Virus record (IMG/VR): IMGVR_UViG_3300020576_005251
Span: 1 to 64,000 of that record
DNA length: 64,000 nt
Origin: a virus
Lineage: Duplodnaviria; Caudoviricetes
Strand: one strand, 5' to 3'
Position numbers and translations under genes: made by a program. This document shows positions 19,754-28,509 of this stretch, one piece after another (position 1 is the first letter of the stretch; each line of letters starts with the position of its first letter). Below the pieces are notes generated by a model, which saw nothing but the letters and a program-made list of their open reading frames with translations, made no database searches and was not told the origin of the DNA.

Positions 19754-21790
19754 ATGACCGCACCTACGCTTCCGGAGATCTCCGCCACCGCCGAACGGCT
19801 ACGCGACATCCTCCAGACACAGACGACGGGGGACTACTCCCCGTCGTCGGTTCTGGGCGACTTGGTCGTCGACCCTCACGCGATCGTGATGTCGGATCTG
19901 CACGCCCAGATCCGAGGGTTGCGGACCCGCCAGTCTCTCGCGGATCTCCGGGGACTCCCCGCCAGCCCCGAGGCGAACGACGCAGTCGACGCGCTCCTTG
20001 CGAACCTGTTCGTCGCTCGCAGCGTCGGCACCTTCGCGCGCGGCTGGGCGACGCTTCACTTCACGCAACGTGTGGACACGCTCCTCCCGAGGAACACGCG
20101 TCTGGTGAAGGCGGGCGGGCTCGTCTATTACCCGAACATCGCGGAGAACCGTCTGATCGAAGCGCGCGAGCTCCGGCCCCGCTACGATGATCGCGGGGTC
20201 GTCACGTCGTGGACCATCGACATCAGTGTCATCGCGTCCCGCACGGGTTCCGCCTACCGAGTCGCGCGTGGCCGCTTTCAATCGATCGATGCGATCAGCC
20301 CATACCTCGCCTACGCCGAGAACGTGGAGGACTTCGTCGCCGGGGAAGATCCGGACACGAACGAGAGCGCGGTCGCGAACGCCGAGACCGCGCTCTCTCT
20401 GCGCGCGCTGGTCAACGCTCGCTCGAACGACGCCACGCTACGCAACCGATTCACGGAGATTACTCGCGTCCGTTCGGTGGGCATGGGCGAGCCCGAGATG
20501 CGACGAGACCTGATCCTCCCGGGCATCTTTGGTGCTCCGGTGCATCGCGGCGGACATGTCGACCTCTATGTGGATCTGCCGATCCAAACGGTCACTGAGC
20601 GCCTCGTCGTAGGGGAGCCTACGCGCCGTGCCGATGGGCGGGTGATCACCCTGGCGGACAGCGCCCCCACGGGCAGCACATTCATCGGAGCAGGTGTCGT
20701 TCCGGGGGACATTCTGAACGTCACCTCAGGCATCCCCGAGGCTCCGATGACGTTCCGTATCGCCGCCGTGCGCGCGTACGAACTGGACGTGGTGGCTGAC
20801 GTTCCGTTCTCGATCGCCACGGACGAAAACGGGTCCCCCGCCCTCACCTACTCCATCGGATACAACTACCCCGCATTCGACAACCGTACGGCGGCGCACG
20901 TCGCAGCGGGGGCTACGACCACGCGCCTCTTCTCGATCGAGAACGCAGTCGTACTCCCCGCAGGCCCCCTGGGGAACATCCTGCGCGTCGAGGTGCCCGA
21001 TCCACCTGCGTCGCTCACTCCTTTCTTGGACTCTACGACGGGGGCAGCGGCCTACACGGTGCGGCGGAACAGCCCGCTCACACGTGCGCCTGTGGCGGGG
21101 GAGCCGCTGTCGTTCCAGACGATCGTCCAGGCCCCCTCCGAGTCACAGTCGCTGCTGGCTGTTCAGTACCTGGACCTGGGCTGGCCCGGCGCCTCTCTCG
21201 CAGGCACCGAGGTCCTCGTGACCTACGAAACGATGCTCGGCTTCGATGTGATCGATGCCCTGGTCCGTTCGGATTCGGAGCGCGTTCTAAACGCGAACTA
21301 CCTGACGCGCGCGGCCTTCCTGGTCTATGTGAGCTGCACGATTCCGTACCGGCAGCGCACCATTCCCCAGCTCGACGCGGCGGGGAACCTTCGTACCGAC
21401 AGCACCCAAGCCATCGCAGCGGTGAATGAAGTAGCTGTAGTCGCCGCCGTCGTCGCTGCGGTGGAAAGCGCTTCGGTCAACGGCCTCTCTACCAGCGACA
21501 TCACGGCTGCGGTGCTGCGGAGCGACCCCAACATCTCCAGCGTTTACCCGGTGACGCTTCGGTACAACGTGACCCTGCCTGACGGTCGTGTGGTCTACTA
21601 CGAGAGCGATGATCGAGTGGAGCTGATTCCAGGCTCAGACACCAGTGCGCGCATCACCAACTACCTGGACCTGGGGCTGGCGCAAGGCGACGTTCAGGGG
21701 TTCGCGCGCCTGCTGCGAACGCTCGGTCTGTCGACGCGAATCGCTCGCTTTCGTACCACGTCTGACCTGATCTCCATGGAGCTTCGCTGA
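19754..21790 (+). CDS. Baseplate J-like protein
   Basis: SVLGDLVV, DALLANLFVARSVGTFARG, ASRTGSAY, GEDPDTN and GGHVDLYV follow the baseplate-J pattern. Confidence 0.7.
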   Translation: MTAPTLPEISATAERLRDILQTQTTGDYSPSSVLGDLVVDPHAIVMSDLHAQIRGLRTRQSLADLRGLPASPEANDAVDALLANLFVARSVGTFARGWATLHFTQRVDTLLPRNTRLVKAGGLVYYPNIAENRLIEARELRPRYDDRGVVTSWTIDISVIASRTGSAYRVARGRFQSIDAISPYLAYAENVEDFVAGEDPDTNESAVANAETALSLRALVNARSNDATLRNRFTEITRVRSVGMGEPEMRRDLILPGIFGAPVHRGGHVDLYVDLPIQTVTERLVVGEPTRRADGRVITLADSAPTGSTFIGAGVVPGDILNVTSGIPEAPMTFRIAAVRAYELDVVADVPFSIATDENGSPALTYSIGYNYPAFDNRTAAHVAAGATTTRLFSIENAVVLPAGPLGNILRVEVPDPPASLTPFLDSTTGAAAYTVRRNSPLTRAPVAGEPLSFQTIVQAPSESQSLLAVQYLDLGWPGASLAGTEVLVTYETMLGFDVIDALVRSDSERVLNANYLTRAAFLVYVSCTIPYRQRTIPQLDAAGNLRTDSTQAIAAVNEVAVVAAVVAAVESASVNGLSTSDITAAVLRSDPNISSVYPVTLRYNVTLPDGRVVYYESDDRVELIPGSDTSARITNYLDLGLAQGDVQGFARLLRTLGLSTRIARFRTTSDLISMELR

Positions 21791-24700
21791 TGCCTCTCAC
21801 GCCGCAGAACAGCGCCACGTTCTTGAAGGCGCTCTCCGACTTCTGGCCTATGTACTTCCAGGACCAGGGGTTGCTGAAGGCGTACGCGAACGGCATCTCC
21901 GTGAACGTGGCGCAAGCCTATCAGCTGTTTCTGGAGACGGTGCTCGGCACGAGCCTCCGGGACATCCCATTGTTCCAGCGCGAGTTCTACCGGCCGTACT
22001 ACGTGCGTGAAGACCTTGTCCGGTACCGCGAGGGCGCCTCCGCTGAGGATGACCGCTACGAGTTTCTTGCGGGGGACTCCGTCCAATCTATTCGATTCCT
22101 GGCTAACCGCGTGCTCAGTCCTACAGCGTCCCTCCTGGAACTGCGGGACTTCACCGTGCGCCCTGGCGTGATCCAGTTCTTCACAAACCCCTTCGCGGGG
22201 GCGCTCGAATCGTTTCCGAGTCGCACCATCCAGGGGGTATCTCCTGCGGTTTGGCGGAACCCACTCCAGCAGACTTTCTCCTCAGTGCGCCCCGGCGACA
22301 CTCTCCGCTGGCGCGTTGGGAACAGCGTTGTGACCTCGACCATCACCGGGGTAGACGGCGCGACGCTTCACCTGAACGACGCACCTCCTGGGGTCACCCA
22401 GGAGATTGCACGGAGAGGCGGCGTTGCCTACGTGACGCGTACGCCGTACGACAACACCGCGACCAATCGGCCCCTCTTCGATCACCCTACGCGCGTCACC
22501 CGACTCTCTGCGGACGCATCCGACGGGATCACGATCGCGAGCAGCCGCGAGATGAACGTGAGCGGTCTCGCGAACTACCGTGGCGCTTGGGCCATCGCTA
22601 CTACCTACGCCGTGGGCGACCTCGTCTGGCAGTCGGGCCGGGTGTGGCGCGCTCTGTCTGCCCACGTCTCGGGGGGCAGCTTCGACGCTGCTCTCTGGGA
22701 CGACCTCGCCACCGGGTACGTCTACATCCAGTGCCCGGCCCGCCCCCGTTACGCGCAGCTGGTTGCCCTCGAAACGCCCAGCGCCGCAGGGCGTATCAAA
22801 CTCGCGCTCGGTGAGTTCAGCGAGGCCACGTCCACCTTCGTCTACCGGGTGACGTACGTCGCAACGACGGGGGATCGCCCCACCCTCCCGCTGGAGCACA
22901 AGCACATCACTCCCGGGACCGTCTCCGTTCAAGCCCGACGCAAGCTCGCGCACACCACGGTCGACGTGCTGGGCGCCGCCACCACCTACCCCGCTGGGGA
23001 GGTGGTTCGGGAGGGTGTGGACTTCACCCTGGACTACACCGAGGGGCGCCTGACGGTGCTGACGGCGTGGGACCCCCTACTCCCCGCCCGCCTGGGGTAC
23101 GAGTGGTCCCTGGAGGTCGCCCGCCAGCAGTACCGCTGGAGGGGCGCCTACGCCAATGCTACAGCATACCTGCGGGGGGATCTGGTGACCAGCGCCTCCG
23201 TGGTGTACGTCGTGACGCGCGACCACACCTCGGATGGAGTCCTCGCCTCCGACACCTACGTCCGTCTGGTGGAGCCGGTGACCCTCGATGTCTCACGCAC
23301 CGTTCGTGAGTACGCCGTATGGGCGACCGACGCGCTGGTGGACGAGAAGCGCCTCGCGAAGAACTTCGGTGACCTCCTCCTGCGGGAGGCAGAGTCGAGC
23401 GAGGCGCAGCGCGCCTTCTTGCAGGCCGTCTCGCGCCTCTTCCTCGCGGGACCGAGCTTCTCGCTGATGACCTCGGCCGTCAACGCGATCCTGGGACTCC
23501 CGCTCACGCGAGAGGCCAACGAACTGCTCCTCGGGTACGACAGCGGGCTCCCGTACAACGGCAGCGGGGCGCGCGTCTTCGACACGCAGCAGGGCACTAC
23601 GGGCGCGCTGTCCCACATCACAGGGCGCTTCAGCGCGGCCGGAGCCCTGTTCCTCGCGTCGGACGTTGGTGGGTCGCTACTGGTGTTCGAAGACGGGGCC
23701 ACCACGCCGTACGTGATCACCGGCTACGTCTCAGCGACGACCGTGGCCGTCTCGCCCGCACCTGCGGTCAGCTCTTCGGATCTTCAGTGGGAGAGCCGTC
23801 ACCGCGTCTACACGAGCCGTCTGCGCGTGAACCCGTCGGACTACGCCTTCAGCGCGGCCGACGTGGGGGCCTGGATCAAGCTCAGTGGCGCGATCGCCCG
23901 CAACCAGGGAACGTTCCGTATCGTCGGCGTGGACGACCCCACTACCATCGAACTGGATACGCCGTACGCGTTGATCGACGCGGGAGGGATCTCTTGGTCC
24001 CTGTCTCCGCGCGGTACGCAGCGCGTCACCACCCATCGCGGCGTCTACGACCTTCCGCTCAACGTGCCTGTGCGCGGGGACCTGCGCAACAGCGCTAACT
24101 GGGGGCGCCTCCGTTTGCCTGCTCTCGACCCCATCTCTGAGGCGGTGCAGATCGATGACTACCTCACCGACCCTACGTGGTGGCACCACATCCAGATCCC
24201 CGAGGAGCTCTTCGAGGGCACCCCCGCGCAGCGAACCGTCACTCCAGCGCTGATCGAGCACGTCTACGGCGCGCTCGACGACGCGCACATCGGTGACGCA
24301 GGCATCTACATCGGCGCAGATGACCACTCAAGAGAGAGCACGCCGCGCCCCTTCACCGCTGTCTGGTACGGCGGCACTGCCATCAACTTGGTTGTGACCG
24401 CTCCAGGGCCTGCGCTGACCGCGAAGGACAGCGGTACCTACGTGACTCTGGAGACCGAGGGGTTCGCAGGTGCGTTCAAGATCCTCCAGGTTCACTCCGA
24501 CAATCGCACTGTCACGCTGGAGAACTTCCCACCTCCGGAAGCCCGGGGACGCGTAGCCCCACGCGCGATCACGGGACGCCTCCCCCCGCTGGTATTCCGA
24601 CGCTCCGTCGCGTTCATCTTGATGGATCAGGCCCTCAAGTACCACTGCGCGCGTCTCCGGATTGACCCCAGTGTGGACTTCTCTCGTGGCGTCATCTCGG

Positions 24701-25308
24701 ACGTGTCGAGCATTGTTCGGGCGTCGAAGCCCTCGCATGTGTTCGTGTTCGTGGAGGCTGGGACGACGTTCGCGGACACGTTGGAGGTGGACGAAGAGCT
24801 GACGATCGACCTGGGCCTCTCGCGTCCCGAGCTGATTCAGATCATCGACAGCCTCGCGTACATCTCACCGAGCATGTTGCTGCGGACGGGCGACGCCTTC
24901 CGCTTCGAAGCGCTCACGACAACGATCACCCCCGCTGCGGGTACTTCCTACACACTCCCGGTGACACTCCCGTCAGGGACTGCGGTCGTGGCCACGCTCG
25001 TGAAGGTGGGGTTCGAAGACGCAGCTCGTGTCGGCAGTCGAAAGCCTGCGGAGGGTGTCGACTACACGGTCGACTACAACGCGGGGGTGCTGACGATCCA
25101 CGGGTCTACCACGATCACCCCAAGCCCCGTTGATGTGGAGTACCTCGTGTGCATCCGCCGCAGCGTGACCTATGGGGACCCTCTCGATGCAGGTGAGGGC
25201 TACGTCGCCTATGGCGGTAGCGACCCCACGATCGTGCGGGCGCTCGGCCAAGCCCCCACCACTGCGGGCTTGATCGATCGGGCGGTACAACTTACCTTTG
25301 GTCCGTGA
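21790..25308 (+). CDS. Large baseplate/tail protein with two ChiC/CBM5-12-like repeats
   Basis: RGAWAIATTYAVGDLVWQSGRVWRA and RGAYANATAYLRGDLVT repeats; C-terminal KPSH resembles tail protein I KPAH. Confidence 0.55.
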   Translation: MPLTPQNSATFLKALSDFWPMYFQDQGLLKAYANGISVNVAQAYQLFLETVLGTSLRDIPLFQREFYRPYYVREDLVRYREGASAEDDRYEFLAGDSVQSIRFLANRVLSPTASLLELRDFTVRPGVIQFFTNPFAGALESFPSRTIQGVSPAVWRNPLQQTFSSVRPGDTLRWRVGNSVVTSTITGVDGATLHLNDAPPGVTQEIARRGGVAYVTRTPYDNTATNRPLFDHPTRVTRLSADASDGITIASSREMNVSGLANYRGAWAIATTYAVGDLVWQSGRVWRALSAHVSGGSFDAALWDDLATGYVYIQCPARPRYAQLVALETPSAAGRIKLALGEFSEATSTFVYRVTYVATTGDRPTLPLEHKHITPGTVSVQARRKLAHTTVDVLGAATTYPAGEVVREGVDFTLDYTEGRLTVLTAWDPLLPARLGYEWSLEVARQQYRWRGAYANATAYLRGDLVTSASVVYVVTRDHTSDGVLASDTYVRLVEPVTLDVSRTVREYAVWATDALVDEKRLAKNFGDLLLREAESSEAQRAFLQAVSRLFLAGPSFSLMTSAVNAILGLPLTREANELLLGYDSGLPYNGSGARVFDTQQGTTGALSHITGRFSAAGALFLASDVGGSLLVFEDGATTPYVITGYVSATTVAVSPAPAVSSSDLQWESRHRVYTSRLRVNPSDYAFSAADVGAWIKLSGAIARNQGTFRIVGVDDPTTIELDTPYALIDAGGISWSLSPRGTQRVTTHRGVYDLPLNVPVRGDLRNSANWGRLRLPALDPISEAVQIDDYLTDPTWWHHIQIPEELFEGTPAQRTVTPALIEHVYGALDDAHIGDAGIYIGADDHSRESTPRPFTAVWYGGTAINLVVTAPGPALTAKDSGTYVTLETEGFAGAFKILQVHSDNRTVTLENFPPPEARGRVAPRAITGRLPPLVFRRSVAFILMDQALKYHCARLRIDPSVDFSRGVISDVSSIVRASKPSHVFVFVEAGTTFADTLEVDEELTIDLGLSRPELIQIIDSLAYISPSMLLRTGDAFRFEALTTTITPAAGTSYTLPVTLPSGTAVVATLVKVGFEDAARVGSRKPAEGVDYTVDYNAGVLTIHGSTTITPSPVDVEYLVCIRRSVTYGDPLDAGEGYVAYGGSDPTIVRALGQAPTTAGLIDRAVQLTFGP

Positions 25309-25793
25309 GGAAACTACGCGTCAGCCGCCGCAACAAGCTCCCCCTCCGTGGTGAGATCTCGCTCACAATACGGCGTACGGACGGGCCCACCACTCGCTTG
25401 ACCGTGCGTAACACCATCACCTACGTCGGAATGAACGCCCTCCTGGCGCTCTTCGCGCAGGTCGGTATCACGGCGAGCGACTACGCCCCCAGCAAGCTGG
25501 TGCCCGGGACCAACGGGACTCCCCCCACACCCGGCGACATCGCGATGGGCGCCCCGGTGGGCGGTCCGGATCAAGTCACGCTCAACGGCGCCAGCTTCTC
25601 CCACAACACAGCGGCGCGCGAGCTGGTGATCACGGGGACCCTCGCGACCACCCAGGCGAACGGGCAGACTCTCGCGGAGGTGGGGCTGGTGTTGGCCAAC
25701 GGGACCCTCTTCGCTCGCCAAGTACACCCGGCCTTTCTGAAGGACGGAACGATGTCCGTGACCTACACGTGGCGCATCAGCACCACAGCGTGA
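25305..25793 (+). CDS. Tail-fibre attachment/collar-like protein
   Basis: RNTITYVG...ANGQTLAEVGL...LFAR...YTWRI pattern of phage tail-collar proteins. Confidence 0.6.
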   Translation: MRKLRVSRRNKLPLRGEISLTIRRTDGPTTRLTVRNTITYVGMNALLALFAQVGITASDYAPSKLVPGTNGTPPTPGDIAMGAPVGGPDQVTLNGASFSHNTAARELVITGTLATTQANGQTLAEVGLVLANGTLFARQVHPAFLKDGTMSVTYTWRISTTA

Positions 25794-25797
25794 ACCC

Positions 25798-28440
25798 ATG
25801 AAGAACTACGACCAACAGATCACGTTCCGCCAGGGCGGGGACAGCGGGCAGGCTGACAACACCTCGATCCAGCCGTACGCGACAGAGCCGTTCGTGCCTG
25901 ACGTGTCCAACCGCCCTCCCAACAACCTGCGCGCCAGGACCGAGACGCTCCGGCGCGCGCTGGAGGACCTCAACTACCTCGCGGACTACGACCGATCGCT
26001 GATCCTGCGCGCGGACAGTGCGTTCACGTTCAGTGAGCCTTCCAGCGGTCAGTACGCCCTCACGATCGCTTCGGGGAACCTGTGGATCTACCCCGCGCTC
26101 ACGCCGGGTCGACAGAGCGGCGGGCGCAACGAAGGTGGGCGTGTCTACTGTGCGAATGCCTCCGCATCCGGGGCGTGGACCCCGTACTCGGGTACACCTA
26201 CGGTCGATGATCTCGTCCTGACCGCCCATCGGCAGTACACCGGACAGCGGGGGTACTTCGATGCGGACAGCCTCACAACCACCGCAGGCGGGCGCTCGCT
26301 CGGCGCCAATCGGATCCAGGTCGATCTCATCGCAGATCCTGCGGTGGTGGGCGGTGTGGGTACGATCACCGCAACGATCACCCAGGCCCCGCGCACCAAG
26401 ATTCGCATCGTCTACGGCACGCTGACTACCGCAACGACGCTCGCGAACCTCATCGCGTTCATCAACGGAGACCGCACGTCGCAGGGCGCGTACGGTGTCG
26501 CGGACTTCCTGCGTGCGTCTTCCACGGGCACGACGACGAACGTGCCAGTTCCGTTCACCGGGGGTGAGGTGCAAGGTGCCTATGACGCCGAGGCACACCA
26601 GATCACCAAGGCGCAGATCGATGCGTTCTTCGCGATCCAGGACGGGAGCGGGGCTTACGTCAACCGTCTGCGTGAGGGCGAAGGGCTTGCCATCGCGTAC
26701 CCGATCGGGCTCGTGGATCGGACCAGCGTCGGCCTCAACGGCGGGAAGCGTCAGGCGCTGTGGGACCTACCCACGGACCGCATCGGTACGCGCAGCCAGA
26801 ACACGACGCCTGCCTCGGGGTACCTCCTCTTTTCGACGGGACGTGAGCCGGAGAAGATCCCGGGCGCGCTGCCGATCGGCAAGGTGATCGAGGGTGAGTT
26901 CGTGTTCACCGAGGGGACGCGCCTCGCGGCGGGTGAGACCCTGGAACTGGGCGAGAGTCGCATTATGCGCAACGCCCTCTCAGCCACGACGAGCGGCGCA
27001 GATGGCTCGCGTCGCGTGGGGTACGAAGGCAGCGGCTCGTGGCATTCCGACGCATCCGCCACCTCGAACCCGAACCTCGCGGCGGGTACGGTCAACGCGG
27101 CCCTGAGCGCCATCGTGTCGCAGCTGGCGAACTCGACCACGAACCAGTCTGCCTCTCGACGCGTCGGCGTCGAGGCAGTCACGGGGACTCCTGCAAGCGG
27201 TAACTCAGCGCTCTCGGTGGCATCTGGCTCGCTGCGACAGGCCATCGACAAGCTGCTGAACGGCCTCGACGGTGCGAGCCAGCTCATCGGCATCAACGGG
27301 CGCGTGTCGGAGCTCGGGCACCGGCTGCGCGGGCTGCTCCCGATCCGCAAGGAGTTCGAAGCGGCAGGCATGCCCAGCGCGGGCGCGGTGATGACGCTCG
27401 CCGACCTCCACGCGGCCAGCAACACGCTCTCTGCGACACCGGCTGGTGTGCGCGAAGAGGCGCACATGGTGATGCAGCCCCTGGCGTTCGACGATGGTGG
27501 TGGCGGCTACCTGACCGTCGAAGAGGACATCGAGGATGGCGGTGGCGGAGAGGTGCTTCTGCCGATTGCCTCCATGTCGAACGCACGCTTCATCAAGGTG
27601 GTCGCGTCCTTCCCCGTGGCTTCGGACGGCTTGAGCGGCACCGTGCCGCTGATCTACGCCAAGGTCAGCGGACTCACAGGTGCGGCAGACGCAGAGGATG
27701 GGTGGTACACCGTCAAGTCGTGCAACACCGGCACGAACAAGGTGACGCTGCTGAACCTCGATGGCACCAACCCGGATTTCACGGGGATGGACCCGGCGAC
27801 CATCACGTTCTACTCAGGCGTGATCACCGGCAACGACCGGCGCCACACGCGCTTCCGCGCCTACCACCACAGCACGGCGAACGCGGCACCCCTGGGTGTG
27901 ATCGGCGTCGGCGCAGACACGCAGCAGATCCTCGACGTGGTGGTGCCCAACGGCAACACCGGCACGGTGACGCTGCGTGTGAAGCCCAAGAGCATCGCGT
28001 TCGAGGGCGTGGAGATGAACGCTGCGAAGGTGGGGGCGATCCAGTCGTTCGCCCTGAACGAGGTCGCGCACGACAGTGCTTTGGCGTTGAACTTCACCAG
28101 CCCGCGCACGATCGCGGTAGGCGCCGCCGCAGGCGGGAGGACACTCGTTGGGGTGTTCCTGCACATCAGCGCGACAGTCGTGTCGAACGCCGCAGGTACT
28201 GTCGAGTATGAACTGGTGTTGAGCCGCAGCGGTGCCGCAGTGACGACGTTCGCACTGCGAACGGCCTGGGTGGCTGCGGGAGCCGATGAGGCCCGCACGA
28301 TCTCGGCTTCGGGTTTCGTACCTCTGAATGGCACGACGAACGTGGTGCTTACGCGCCTCACCAATACCAATACGAAGCCGGGGCATGCCTCGGCCCGGAT
28401 TGATATCATCGAAGTGGGGCGCCTCCTCGGCTTCAGCTGA
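25798..28440 (+). CDS. Putative tail fibre / virion structural protein
   Basis: 880 aa, G/T/S/A-rich; N-terminal NRPPNNLRARTETL; last gene of the tail block. Confidence 0.55.
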   Translation: MKNYDQQITFRQGGDSGQADNTSIQPYATEPFVPDVSNRPPNNLRARTETLRRALEDLNYLADYDRSLILRADSAFTFSEPSSGQYALTIASGNLWIYPALTPGRQSGGRNEGGRVYCANASASGAWTPYSGTPTVDDLVLTAHRQYTGQRGYFDADSLTTTAGGRSLGANRIQVDLIADPAVVGGVGTITATITQAPRTKIRIVYGTLTTATTLANLIAFINGDRTSQGAYGVADFLRASSTGTTTNVPVPFTGGEVQGAYDAEAHQITKAQIDAFFAIQDGSGAYVNRLREGEGLAIAYPIGLVDRTSVGLNGGKRQALWDLPTDRIGTRSQNTTPASGYLLFSTGREPEKIPGALPIGKVIEGEFVFTEGTRLAAGETLELGESRIMRNALSATTSGADGSRRVGYEGSGSWHSDASATSNPNLAAGTVNAALSAIVSQLANSTTNQSASRRVGVEAVTGTPASGNSALSVASGSLRQAIDKLLNGLDGASQLIGINGRVSELGHRLRGLLPIRKEFEAAGMPSAGAVMTLADLHAASNTLSATPAGVREEAHMVMQPLAFDDGGGGYLTVEEDIEDGGGGEVLLPIASMSNARFIKVVASFPVASDGLSGTVPLIYAKVSGLTGAADAEDGWYTVKSCNTGTNKVTLLNLDGTNPDFTGMDPATITFYSGVITGNDRRHTRFRAYHHSTANAAPLGVIGVGADTQQILDVVVPNGNTGTVTLRVKPKSIAFEGVEMNAAKVGAIQSFALNEVAHDSALALNFTSPRTIAVGAAAGGRTLVGVFLHISATVVSNAAGTVEYELVLSRSGAAVTTFALRTAWVAAGADEARTISASGFVPLNGTTNVVLTRLTNTNTKPGHASARIDIIEVGRLLGFS

Positions 28441-28445
28441 CAGCC

Positions 28446-28483
28446 AAAGAAAAGGCCCAGGGTCCTCACCGGACCCTGGGCCT
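28446..28483 (-). terminator. Intrinsic terminator between convergent genes
   Basis: 13-bp perfect stem AGGCCCAGGGTCC-tcacc-GGACCCTGGGCCT; the A-run at 28446-28452 is the U-tract on the minus strand after nrdJ. Confidence 0.8.
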
Positions 28484-28509
28484 CCTCTCAGACCTTCCTC
28501 AGATCCCTC